DNA from: Squalus acanthias
Lineage: Eukaryota
Assembly: GCA_030390025.1 (NCBI GenBank)
Contig: CM059432.1
Coordinates: forward strand, 42,782,001-42,846,000
Direction: 5' to 3'
Length of the DNA: 64,000 nucleotides
The position numbers and the translations under genes were made by a program. The notes under the pieces are model-generated. The model was not told the DNA's origin, ran no database searches, and was given only the letters and a program-made list of their open reading frames with translations. Of the stretch, positions 46,860 through 59,900 are shown piece by piece (within the stretch, counting starts at the first letter, position 1; every line of letters starts with the position of its first letter).

Positions 46860-48959
46860 TTTCAAATAAAACTGTTGGACTATAACCTGGTGTTGTGCGA
46901 CCTCTCAATTTTGTCCACCCCAGTCCAACACCGGCATCTCCGCATCATGGAATAGTGTACCCAGTGATCAGTGCCGGATCCATTTTTGTTCTCAATATAT
47001 ATGGTTGATTTGGGTATAAGGAACACATGCCTAGAAATTCAGCCACGCACTGCTTGTTTCTCGGGCACTAAATAGCCTACTAACATGGCGGGCAGGAAAC
47101 GGCACACGTTTCCAGCTAGAAGTGCACTGCTCACCATATTGGTGAAGGTGGATGCACTGGTGACAGGAGTGCACTTCCATAATATGTAAAAGAAAGATAA
47201 TTTTATTGAAATGAGGGTCCTGCCCTTCTTGCAGGACCTGTTTTCAATATTGGATTGCTCCAACATGTTACTCGCTATGTACTGAACTTGCACAGCAACA
47301 CGTGATGCTAACCGGCAGAAGGACTCTTCTCTCTGTCCAAATCCTTTCAGTGGAAATGTGCACCTCCCACATCCCCTTGCACAATGACATGTGTGATCCA
47401 ACTGAATGTGTGTACATGTGTGTTTCAAAAACCTCTTTTGTTAATTGCGATATTCTTATTAATTATACAATAAAGATTTTGTTACCTTTCACTTAGCTTC
47501 TCATTTTTTTTCACCTGCTTTTCCTTAGAGTCGAAATTTTCCATTTGGGGGTGCAGCATTCTGGTGGATTTATGGCAGAGGACTCTGAATCCGGGAGGGC
47601 AGAACCAAAATCAATGGGGGCAGAATCCTGATCCATGGGATTTTGGTCCCATTAATAAAGATCAACACACAATCTGACCCTGAGGGTGCAGGCACTTCAT
47701 ATGCATGCCTGTAATTACATCCTGGCAAAAGTTTGGGGCCATGTTTGGGGGCATTAACATGCAACCCTGAGAATCCCACAGATAGACCTGATGGGCTAGT
47801 GGCACCTACCTCTGCTGGGAACAAGGACAGGTGAGAATCTGAGCCACAAGTCGATTCCATCAGTGCCATTTTTAACATGCATCTAGGTCAATGCAATTAG
47901 TCAGGGAAGTTTGAGGAGCTGCTGGTCCAGGATGTGGCAAGCTTTATTTGATTGCTGACTGAAAGAAACATCAACCAGCTTCAGAATTTGTTTAATTTCT
48001 CTTTAAATTATGATGTTCCACTCTCAAAGTTCATCCCGGCTTATCTGGTATCCTCACACAAAGGGGTAGATTTTCATCTTTACCGCCTGGATGGAGGGCA
48101 GAAGGGAAAGTGATGGGGAGGATTGCATGTCCCTTATAGAATCCAGATTTTCCTTTCATTAATTTCAATGGAAGGAAAGCCAGGCAGATCCGCCCCACCA
48201 AATTTTCCATTCTGTGCTTGTCCAAGGTGATGTTTAGTGCCCAGGTGGCAAAGAAGAAAATCTGCTCCAGTGTATGCAGGTTGTTCCCAGGCTTCTGCCA
48301 TTATTGTTCTGAAAACTGCAAGTGGGAGGCATATGAGTGTCCTTGTGATGTCTCTCCCTTTTGGCGAAGCACTTGCCTTCTACCTGGAAACTCCCCGCTG
48401 TGACAGTATCAGCAATTTACCGCAGTTGAGGATTAAACCTATGTCCTGCCACTTGTATGCCTGGAATTTCCACTAGGGTTCTCTGATGGGAGATTGGCAG
48501 AACCTCCGGAGAAACGATGTGAAGGGTTAGAAGTGGCCATTAATGCTCTTTCACTGGGGGCTCTGCTGATCTCCTGCTGAGATTATGGCAGGAGATTTTG
48601 AAAATTCCGTGGCAATTCATGATCCATGGTACCATAAAGCACCATACTACCACGCTGTTAGAATTTGCTGAATATAATAATGTTTCTTTCTGCTCTCTGC
48701 TGGAAAGTCAGTCATAAATTTTTTCATAAAAATCTGCACAAAAAGCATTTTTGTTTATCAAAGGATCACTGCAGATTCTGTACGTTATTTTTTGCCATTT
48801 TCTGTTGATTTATGTGTTTGGAAATCTTGCCCTGATGTTTTTATGAGTTCAGTAATGCCACTTGAGAAGCAGCACCAGATTGTACTAAAGGTTACTGCCT
48901 TTGCAATTGCAAATGAACCTCTCAGAATTCATCCACATTAATCATGTTAATGAATAGGA

Positions 48960-49683
48960 AAGAACGGGTGGGTTGGAGGTGTGGGGGGAAGTGAAAGTTG
49001 CAAAAATCTAAAACCCGACCTCAATCTACCTCCAACCCGCTCACTTTAACCTTTTACTCAGGCGGGACGGGGGGCGGACAGCCAACCCATTGCCAGGAGG
49101 CGGGTTGGCAATTTAAATATTATAATAAGGCCTGAAGCTTCTACTTTAATCTGCTTTGCAGGTTTTACTGCAGGCGGCCAGGGATCTGGGGCTCGGGATT
49201 CCTGGTAGCTGCAACGAGGCGGCCTCAGCCTTGGGGAGCAATCCTTGTGGGCCGGGAGGAGCAGGAGTGCTTCCTCCCGGCCCCCCAAGCTCCCCCATCA
49301 TCAACCTTCATCCCCTGGGTCAGGGATCGGACCTCCCCATCCCACGGGGGATTGGGACCATCCCCCGGGCTTGGAACACCCCCCCTCCGGGGATCGTGAC
49401 TCAGCCCCGGGGTCGGGGTTCAGACACCCCCAGGGATCAGACTGCCCACGCAGAGGATCGGCCCCCACCCCCGGATCGCGACTCAATGAAGGGGATCGGA
49501 CCACCCCCATGGGGGATCGGACCCACCCCCTCGCCATGGGCTTGGAACACCCCCACCAGGCTGACTTCCGGGTGGGGAACCTGCCCTTTACGTCGCATGC
49601 CAAGAAACCCGAACTTCCGGGTTTTCCGCTGTCTCCCGGGTCCCCCCACACCATATGGATGGGAAATGGGAAAATCCAGCCCA
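48960..49683. mobile_element. GC-rich Harbinger-type MITE
   Basis: Ends AAAATCCAGCCC. Inverted homolog of 15176-15750. Confidence 0.75.
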
Positions 49684-49774
49684 AAGAGTGGATTGTGTGC
49701 ACAAGAAAACCCTTACTACTTTTTGTAATTTCCTCACAGAACTGTCATTATTAGCACTCATAGTTCCACTGGAG

Positions 49775-50130
49775 CAGAGAAGGCTAATAGGAGATTGAAT
49801 TGAGGTTTTCGAAATTATGAAGGGTTTTGATGATGTGATTAAGGAAAGACTATTTCCTCTAGTTTGGGAATCGGTGATGAGGGGTCACTGATTTAAAATT
49901 ATTACCGTGAGAGTGACGAGAGAGGTTTGGAGACATTTCTTTATGGAAGAGTTGTTATATCTAGTAGATGAAGCAGCGACCATTGCATCTTTTAAGAGAA
50001 CAGTACAGGAGGATAGAGAACTATGGGGATGGAGCAGGGCAGTGGGATTAGATTTGGATTTCTCTTTGCATTGGCATAGACATGATGGGCTGAATGGTCT
50101 CCTTCTGTGCTTTAAACCTCTATGGTTATT
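49775..50130 (+). mobile_element. Decayed CR1 3' fragment
   Basis: IEVFEIMKGFD and the CR1 3' UTR pattern. Confidence 0.7.
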
Positions 50131-52519
50131 ATACAGTTCTGTTGCCAGACATACCAGTTCTAATTTTGTTTGCAGAATTGACTTTTTTTGGAACTTGTGT
50201 TTAGTACCAGGAACTGAGCAAGCAAACATTGGCGTGGCCTTCTCTGTGACCAGTAGCAAATAATCTTTTCTAGAAGAGCAAGATGTTACTTAAACCTGAG
50301 TACACCTCCCAATCTTTCAGAGGAGCTATTCCTCTCTGGAACAATTTTTGCCTGGGCTGTTATCTCAGTGCTGTTACTGAATGGAGCAGCTGAATTAAAT
50401 GTTTAACACTGAACCACATCTTATTTTAACTTGGGAATCGTAAGGCTCTCTAGATTCACTTTTATTTTTTTGAATGCCTTCATGGTTCACTGTAGAAATG
50501 ATTGTTCATTCTACATAGTTGGGAAAGGTTATCATAATTGAAGAGGGTTTAAATAATTCATTCTTTTCTTAAGTGTTTTTGTGCTTTTCTTTGATATCTG
50601 TTTGCAGTTATAGATCATGATGCTGTACTTTTAGTATGGCATCTGTGTTGAATTAGAACGGGAGCCATTTTATCCCTCCAGAGTTGGTCAAGTTAAAATG
50701 TTTTCTTCTGATTGCTGAAGTCGTTCCAACTCTGAAGTATAAGACAGAGTGCAGACCTTGTCACGAACTGGTACCAGGATTTAAGTACATTCTTGCAATA
50801 TGATTCACTGTCTGGCTCCAGCCTGGCCATACATCTTCCTACTGCTCATTTTATTAAGTTACAGATGACTGCTGCTCTTGTTGATTTCTGCAAAATTATT
50901 GTCTAAGGAGAAACAAATCTGAAAAGTCCGTCCTTTCATCAGCCGTTTTGTTTTCCTTTGGGTCTGACGCTTTTGATCAAAGAAACAACCAGATGTACTT
51001 GGGAAAGATCAAAATAGTCAAATGCTACAGAATAAGGCCTGATTTTCAGAAAGATTGCAAACATTTAAAGGATATTTTGCACCATCTGTTTAGGTGTGCT
51101 TTTCAATGTTGCGCTTTGGGATAGTAGGATTTTTCAGAAGCTGTATTGGTAATACCCATAATGGTATAATAACCAAAATACATATAGCGAGGGGGCGGCG
51201 CGTGGTGGAAGTGTTCTCTCCTAAATGTGACTAACCTACTCTTAAAAATTAGAACTGTTAGAAATGTCTTTTTGTTCCTAAAGCTAAAAGTTTATTTTTA
51301 AAAAGAATTATATTCTTATGGTATTTTAAATATAAAACTTGAAACAATTTAACAAGTTACCCTTTCACTCAAAATAGCGAGTTCTTTGTCTATCTGCACT
51401 TTTAGTTTTTTTTTTAAATACTTTCTCCACCTTCGGGAAATTCTACAGAATTTTTGTTTTTCCATCCCGGTGGGACCTGTGACTTTTGTCTGCTGAGGTA
51501 ATACATATGGTGTATCTGCTGATTGTGGGAATTTAAATTTCACATTTGGATGATCAATTGCTTATATATCCTGCCAAAGGTTTTGGAGCTAATTCTTTAA
51601 ATAGCATTATGGGGCAACACAACTAAATTAGTGCAATACTGCATTGTTTATTCTTTTTATTCCCCATCAGCATCGTGTCCTAATTCTTTACAGAAATTAT
51701 TTAGAATATTTAAACATTTTTTTTAATGAAAACATGAAATAAGCATTATAATTGTATGTGTATGCTAATTATTAATTGTGTTTCTCTCTCTCATATTCTA
51801 AGTTAGATATACTTTGTTAATACTTGTAAAAACACTAAATTAACATTGTATGACCGTGAAAAGGCTATTCAGTCCATCTAATTTGCTTTATCAGTGGGAC
51901 CTGCACTAACCAGTTTTCTCCAGCTTCCTTCTATTCCAAGCCTCATGCAACTCTTACCAATTCCAAAATTTAGGTTTGTGCGTAATGTTTCATAGAATAT
52001 TATTGTAGATAACAATGTTACTGTCAGTTATAATGGCTTCATAATCAGGCTGTCCACAAAATGTTGCTGTTTTCACTGTGTCGGATCGTTCCAGCTATCT
52101 GCCATTGTCACTCTTCCATTTCTGTATGTCTTCATCTTTGCTCTTCCATGTGCTGCTTTTCCTGGATGGGGCCAGTGCCAGAGTAAGTTTTCCACCTCAG
52201 CACTGAAATGGTGATTGATATGTGAGTGCTCACCTACATCATACCAGGCTGACTTCACAGGATTTCCCCAGGCCAGCCCTAATTAACCATGCATAATTGA
52301 TTGGACCTGGCACTGGGAACTCACCAAAGGGGAGAGGTAAAGAAATTGTGTGTGTCATCAGCCCTTAAATAGCTATAAACAACAGTTATAGGATTGCTGC
52401 CACTTACAGGTAAGTGACTAAATATGGGGGCAAAATGTATTCAGCCTTTTCAAAAGTAACACATATTTGAGATGAATTTTCAGCTTTACCAAGATCTTAA
52501 GGGGGAAAAGAAGTTCCTG

Positions 52520-53600
52520 GCCAAACCAAGAGAAGGCAAAATAAAAATGGAGGTAGGAATCTGAGTCTGTGGGCAAACCATGAAGTAGTGCTACACCTGA
52601 AACCCCTGTTTAATGACTTGTGAAGTTGACGTACTGCTGCATGAGGTGCGTTTGGGAAGGGTTAATCTGTTTTACACTCTAAACAGCAGTACGGCATGCT
52701 TGGCAGGAGGCAGCAGCTAGGCTCAGTACACAGTATACTCCCTATTCAGCATGAGAATAGATATGGAGGAAAATGGCACACATTAAGGAAACTGCCAAGG
52801 CAAGACTGCTGAACAGTCACACTTAGCTGCGGTGGCCCAAGTATGCATGACCCAAAATGCTGCCCGTCAACCTGTTCCACATTTAGTGCTTGCCCATTCC
52901 AAGCCCTTACACAACCTTGCAGCTCTTTTGCTGGTTCTCATGCATACCCATATTTCAGTAGGGCACACATTCAATTTGCAACTTACAACTAAATGCCTTG
53001 GCAAACATATTTGCAAACATTCTAATTTTTAAAAACCATTGTAACATAAACTAGGTGCATAATGCATGGTCATTTACTGACACACAGGTTGGGGTGCAGG
53101 TTGAGCGCATGTCTGTCACAGTTTATGTGCTCCTTCAATATCTCATATGACAAGATGGCACATAATACAAGGGAACAGGCCAGAACTGAAAGAAGCGTCA
53201 GAAATTACAATCCTTAGATTCCCTTGGAGGAGGCCATCATGGAAATCCTAGTATATAAGAGCATGGTGGGAGTACCGGAAGATGAAGCCACAGACCTTAG
53301 GGCTAGTACTATCCATCAGGTTCCACTTCTCACACAAACATCACATAGTTAATATCTTTTAATGTAAGCTCTGTTTGAAGGGACGACTTGGAATCTCCAT
53401 TTTCATATTTGCTCCTTTTTGTTCATTGTAGGACTAGAAGAACAGCCTGACAGCACTGCATGGCCCAGAACAAGAGATCACCCTGCATTCCCCTCATTAA
53501 TGTTTGAAAGCACAGCTGCACACATCCCAGAGGATGCAGTTAGTGAGCTTGAGGAGGCAACACAAGTGATGAGAACCAACTGATGGTGGCGAGGGGGAGC
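52520..53600 (+). pseudogene. Ancient Harbinger Myb gene relic
   Basis: 53150-53250 reads KMAHNTREQARTE...PLEEAIMEIL, resembling exon 2 of 37739-37898. The rest is barely alignable by eye. Confidence 0.4.
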
Positions 53601-55340
53601 AGAAACCTGATGCCTAGATGGCCACATGACTGCCATCAGTGACCCTTCTACTATTCAGCACTTTCTGTTCTGCTGAAATCTTGCAAATGCTTCAATTACA
53701 GTCAGCCTTCCAATGAATTAACAGAAAATATTCAGCTATTCTACAAAAACATTACCTACGTTATGAAAAAAACTCTTATTTAAAAAGCATAACTTTTTTC
53801 TTAACAAAAACCAGTAGTAAAAACATGCTATTACACTGGAAATTAAATCAAATGACTAGAAAGTCTCTGCCCATTTAAGAGGTATATTGTATAAGGAGCT
53901 TTCTTTAGATGCACTCCAAATGGACAAACCAAGTGCACAATAAGATCCTGTGCTAATTGTGCGCAAATTGTACTATGCTTAACTTTATAATACATTTAAA
54001 TTTAAGTGTGAGTGCATTTACAGCTGGCGAGAAGATCATTCATGACACAGAAGCAGCAGAGTTCCGACGGTATGGTTCTCTTCCTAACTTTCCAGATCCC
54101 GATCGTCCTTTCCACTCTTACAGCACTAGCAATGGATTCTGGAAAATGTGTCCTTCCATCACATTCTGAGGGTACCAATCTTCAGTTGTAATACAAGTAT
54201 CCTGTGAGATTCTTCTTGTAGCTTGCTCTGTCACTGTTCATAGACTATTTCTTATTACATTTTCACCACGCTGCCCTCCCAGCTGATGCCTAATGTCATC
54301 CTTGCAAAGAACATTCCAAAAGCTACTCCTGTGTTTGTGCCTTCATTACTGTACAGCTCTTCATCATAGCAAAATATCATCTGGGCATAAGTTTGTAAAT
54401 AGACTAAATAGAATTAAGAAGATTCAAATCTCTATGACTAGTTTATCAATGTTTAGGCCTTTCTAGTTGTCTTATTTTAGTTGTATGTAGCTTCACCATC
54501 AAGAAAATATAGCATTTCTGTTTGAAATGCATTTTCCATTAAGCTTTAATATTGCTTCATCAAAAATTAAAATTACATCCACTATAACTTAGTTAAATAT
54601 ATTAACATAAGGCAGGCATGTACACAGAATGCTACACTGAAAACATGAGATCATATTATTGGGATAGAATGAAATTGTGATAAGCAATACATGGTATCAG
54701 ATTTGTCTTCCTATTACATCAGTAAGTGTGGATAAAATGTAATTTCTTGATTATGTGTCAAATCCATTTTTAATACTAACTAATATGATCTTGTCGAGTT
54801 TTGATTGACTTAAACTATTCTAATCCGCGCATTCTTCAACAGAAAAGTGAAGACATGCTTGGAAAAAAATCATTTGTTTTTCAAATTTAGTTTCATCTTT
54901 TAATCTGGAAAAAACATTCTAAATGGCCTTAAATTATACAGTTTCAGTATAGAATTGGGATTTTCTGCAAATCATAATTGCTTTTGTCCCATTATTTTAA
55001 TGCCATATATATGCACACTAATTCTGAACAAACTTTATGGAATTTTGCAAATCTGGAAAATATATTACTGTATGATGCCATCTGTGATACATATTCAGCC
55101 TTGTTTCCCTAGATGATTTAAAACTGTGCTGTTGTTCAGAGCTTCTTGTGTATTTAGTCTTAATGATTTAAACAGAAAGTTGTTCTTTAAGCTCTCCAAG
55201 TTTTGAGAATACTGGACATGCTGCACACTGTTGAAATTATTTGAAATATTTGAAAGCCAGTCACATTTTCATTCCCTTGTGTACCACAGAATAAATGGTA
55301 GTATTTTTTTCAAATCTTTGTTCCTGTTCTGTATTCTATA

Positions 55341-55975
55341 GCCCCGATTTTAACTTGGGGCATGTTGCGGGGTGGGTGGGTGGGTAACCCTCGCAGAGAG
55401 TTCAGCATGAGGCCTGAGCCATTTTAACTCCTGGGCTTCATTTAAATAGCGCTGAACTGTATCCTGCTCAAAGCTGTTGGGAATAGCATCAATGCTGGTG
55501 GCGGGAGCTGTGTCCATAAGGTTAGTGCTGTGGTTGGGAGGGGGGGGGGGGGGTTTGCCAACAGATGACGGTGCTGGGAGTGAGAGGGAAGACCAGGGCT
55601 AGGGAGGCCTGAGGATTCCTTGTGGTGTTGAAAGAATACTCCTGTTGCTCACAGAATTTTTTTTTTTAAATTAACCTTGGCCTCTACTGGCCAAGTCTGC
55701 TGCCTCCCGCCAGGTTTCACTGGCGGCTTTAGTGCTGTGTGGGCTTCTCAATTTCTGCAGTTAAAATTGTATTATGGTGCAATAACACCATCGGGCCTCG
55801 ACTTAAACATGTTAAGTAGGCCCCCGCCTGCCTGGGGTGGGCAACCCTCCTGTGTCTGAATTCTCCCTGGTAAAAACGGCGAGACACGGGGAATGTGTCG
55901 CGAGCTCCCCCCACCCCCTGCCATTTTAACAACCCGCCTGGCCCGTTCGCGCTGGGATGGGTTAAAATCAGAGCT
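55341..55975. mobile_element. Old MITE
   Basis: Ends GCCCCGATTTTAAC / GTTAAAATCAGAGC. Confidence 0.55.
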
Positions 55976-56363
55976 TCTATCTAGATAAGGCATTCAATCT
56001 GTGGCATTAACTCTTGATGACGAAAGTTGATGTGCAATTTGATTGTGATTATATGAATGTCCATATTTTTATTACCAAACACTGCTGATAATTCATATTA
56101 CAGATGTTCATTGTATAAAGATTTTATAGTTGGATCTTTTAAGTTTATTATTTTAGAAAGTGGATTGAGGCTTGCATGGAGATTCTAGCAGCAGAGTGCA
56201 GGTAAATGTAACAGTTGCAGCTTTAATTTGCTTTCACTGTTACTACTCCTTGGTTAGGTTGCAAGATGGAGGACATACACACCAACTGTCCATGTGTTGA
56301 GGTAGCCCGTCAATGTTTCCAGTCCAATGTCCATATTTGTAGGTGCAAATCAGCATTACCCAT

Positions 56364-57080
56364 GGGCCCCAATATTTACAGGGAGGGAGTGGGGGAGCGT
56401 GTTTGTTGGGGTGGGGGGGGAGGGGGGGTTACCTGGAATGCGGGGGTTGTGCCGAATTTAACGGCAGGACCTCATTCTAAATTTTTTACTCTGTTTCCTG
56501 CCTGGCATCCGGGTAGATTGACAGGCTGACCGCTGCCAGGCAGGAAAGCAAGCAGCAGAAGGTCGCAGCCGGGGTTCTTTGGGCACGATCCCCAGCAAAT
56601 TTGGAAACATCGTGGGTTAGTGGGGGGTGTCGGATCTGCAATCAGGAGGGAGGGTTAACTGGCAGAGATGGTGGATCTGTGGGGGTGGGGAGGGGGGTGG
56701 CGGGTGGTTGGCCGATCGCAGCAGAAGATTTGCTTGAGGGGCCAGTGGGAGCATTCCTGCTCCTCCTGACGCACAAGGAGTGCTGTCAAAGTCACTTGTC
56801 TTCTGGAGCTGGCAGACCCCGCCTCCATTTTGCTGCCGGGTTTCCCGAGCCCTGGGAAACATGGATAGCAACTGTTAAATTTAAATCATTGCACTGTGGG
56901 AGCCTGATAGCCTGATTTAAATATATTAATGAAGTGTTCCGCTTCTCCAAGGGACATTCACATGCCATGCTACCTACTGCTGAAAAAATGGCGGCAGATG
57001 CATACGCGATGGATTGGGTTTGCATTTCGCATCTTCCCGCCCGTTGTGGGGGGGTGGGGTGGTGGTGGACGGGGGAGGAG
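56364..57080. mobile_element. Old GC-rich MITE related to the 15176/48960 family
   Basis: Shares GCATTCCTGCTCCTCC...CACAAGGA with 15613-15641. Confidence 0.5.
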
Positions 57081-57779
57081 GTTAATGTCAAGCCACAAGT
57101 CTCCCCAGTGTTTAAAATTTAAAATCCTTGCCTTTTTCTACAATTCTGGTCTGGGCCACATCCCACACTGTTTTTGCACCCTCCTGCAGTCCGACATTCG
57201 CTCTGATCCTTCGACTCTGGCCTCCTGTGTATACTCCCTTCCCTCCATTCCATTATTGATGTCAGAGCCTTCAGCCTCTTTGGCTGTACCTTCTGGAACT
57301 CTCTCCGTCATTAAAAGCCTTTTGAAAACCCACCTTGTACCAAGCTTTGTGTGCTGTACAGTCTGAATTTCCTATATATGCTTCTGGCGGGTGAATCTTT
57401 TCAATAAAGAGTGAAAAATTGAAAAATTACCCCTTGGATGTTCAGTTTAAGTGCAAACTAAATGCTGGGAATTATGGGGTTTCCACCACACTTCCGGCAA
57501 AGTTATGGCGGTGAAACAGGAGCAGTTCCATGGAATTTCCTGGCCAAAGTATAATTTAACGTCATCACTGTACATTCCATTAGTATGGTTACTTGCTACA
57601 GCTTACATTCTGCTTGCCATCTGTTGTAAATCTGGAAGGCAGTGTGAATGTTGTCTGTAGTGTTGAATCATAGCTGCACTCAAAGATGACCTATCTTTAT
57701 GGCTTGTTTTTGTTTATGCTTAGACTGAGGCTGCAGTATAAGAGCTGCACAATTTTTTGTTGCATTTGGTCAAGCGTTC

Positions 57780-58700
57780 TCTTCATGCTGCTCCAGCTCC
57801 TCTTGCTGGTCCCCTTGCTTCGCCTGGGGGTGGGGGACTGCCTCTTCCGTGGTCTTCTTAATGATGGATCCTTTTAGGGTGCAGTTCTGCAGTGTGCAGT
57901 GAGTGGCAAAAATCTTGGAAATTCATTGGTATTGCAGGACACTCCCAGATCAATCTATGCACCTTCAATATGCGAATGGTGTGTTCGATGACTCTTATCG
58001 AGAGATACTCCTTATTATATCTGTGCTTTGCTGCTGTCCGGGGATTTCACTATGTGTCGTGAGTCATGCTTCCAGATTCCCCAGAAGTCACCCTGCAATT
58101 TGCTTTTCAGGATCAAATATTGGTGGCATTGTGGACTGCTTTAAAATGAAGGTGGCGTAACAGCTGCTAAGAAAATGAGCATTTGGTTGCATAATGTGAT
58201 GTTAGCGTTGTGGACTAGCTGAACATTGAGAGAATGGAATCCTTCACAAGTCATGTAGATAGTTGCATTGTGTAATGAAGCACATATGGCCAAGTGGGTG
58301 CAATCTGTAGCCCCTACACCTTTGCAAGTCTTGCCACTCTGTACAATTTCAGAGCTTTGTGCTGCAATTGGTGGTCCATGGAGAACAATCTAAACTCTGA
58401 TGCCAGAGTAAACAAAGCATCTGTGTCTTGGTTCACACATCTATGCACAGCTAATGGTAGATATTTGCATAGTCTCTAGTGGTAGCTTGAAACAACCTGA
58501 CGCATAAAAGTCGAGAGTGGTTGTAATTTTAACACCCACTGCCAGTGGCTGTGGTGCAGTTTGGCATCATTCTGTGACAGTTTCCCTGGTAAATCAAAGC
58601 CTCCATAGGCACTGCTCCTCAGACAGGTGGCGGTACTTGCATCTCTGCCTGTATATTCTGCTTTAAGGGTACTGGCTGGTTGGTGCAGAGTGCTTCAGGT
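57780..58700 (-). pseudogene. Ancient Harbinger transposase relic
   Basis: [56 protein letters not shown] and VIEHTIRILK, with many stops and shifts. Confidence 0.75.
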
Positions 58701-59149
58701 GCAGCCTGATCTACCTGGCATCACTCTGTTGGTCATCTTCTTTCTTTTCTCCAAAAAGCAGATATAGGAAAATGCCAGTGGCTCATTGTGGCCTTATGGC
58801 AGCAGGAGTAGAGAAAAGGGAGCACCATTGGAATTGACAGAAAGGCTCTGGAAAGACCTCAGTGGCAATAGAAAAGAAACAAATAAGGGCAAAGCTTCAG
58901 CAATGACCCGTCAAAGCTTCAATGTCACTATTGAATCCTTTGTAGCTTGGTACCTAGCAACCCTGGATGTCTAATTTATGCAGGTAGATGAATGAAGCAA
59001 CATTAAATGGGCAGATAGGATGGAAATCCAATGTATGATGTCATCATGGCATTATGCATAGCTGCCCACAAACAGATGAGTGCTGCATGAATACTTTCAC
59101 AAATGCACTCAGAGCCTCAGAATAGGTAAAAATAGGTCAACATCACAGA

Positions 59150-59650
59150 ATCATACAGCACAGAAGGCGGCCATTTGGCCCATCATGCCTTTGCTGGCTG
59201 TTTGAAAGAGCTATCCAATTAGTCCCACTCCCCTGCTCTTTCCCCATAGCTGTGCAAATTTTTCCTTCAAGTATATATCCAATTCCCTTCTGAAAGTTAC
59301 TATTGAATCTGTTTCCACCGCCCTTTCAGGCAGTGCATTCCAGACCATAACAACTCGCTGCATAATAACAAAATAAAAAAAAATTATCCTCATCTCCCCC
59401 CTGGTTCCTTTGCTAATTATCTGAAAATTGTGTCCTCTGGTTACCGACCCTTCTGCCAGTGGAAGCAGATTATCCCCACGTACTCTATCAAAACCCTTCA
59501 TAATTTTGAACACCTCAATTAAATCTCTCCTTAACCTTATCTGCGCAAAGGACAACAATCGCAGCTTCTCTAGTCTCCCCACATAACTGAAGTCCCTCAC
59601 CCTCAGTACTATGCTAGTAAATCTCTGCTGCACCCTCTCCAAGGCCTACA
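59150..59650 (-). mobile_element. CR1 3' end
   Basis: ORF 59211-59642 (ERVQQRFT..LRRDLIEVFKIMKGFD..WNALP) plus 3' UTR. Confidence 0.88.
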
Positions 59651-59900
59651 CAATGTTATGGATTGCCACCCAATTTTCTGATCAGGCCCACTCGATTTAC
59701 GCTCATTAATTTGATGAACCTGATCAAATCCAGGCAATTTATTTTTGTGTATGCAAGCAGGTTTCCAGTGACATTTCTCACTGTAAGTCAATAGATACGC
59801 TTTTATAGTGACAGGAACTTTATACTATGAAGCGCGCTCTGTACTATTAGAGTTGGTCTCCTCTGGCAATGCTCACAGACATAAATTAGAAAGAAACTGT

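Larger units (their letters stand above)
44950..46947 (+). mobile_element. Penelope-like retroelement, 5'-truncated, with 12-bp TSD
   Basis: TGGAATAGTGTA at 44938-44949 and 46948-46959; RT + GIY-YIG ORF. Confidence 0.93.
43110..47035 (+). mobile_element. Older, heavily decayed CR1 fragments hosting a second LINE and a Penelope
   Basis: DHNMIEF (~44225), NYRPI..V...VGK (~44580) and FDKVSH (~44800). Target sequence resumes at 46948. Confidence 0.65.

Noticed and set aside
53957..54190. Exon-like segment after TTTACAG with short ORFs in two frames
   Set aside because: The polypyrimidine tract is weak and no product is recognisable, so it is unsupported without transcript data.
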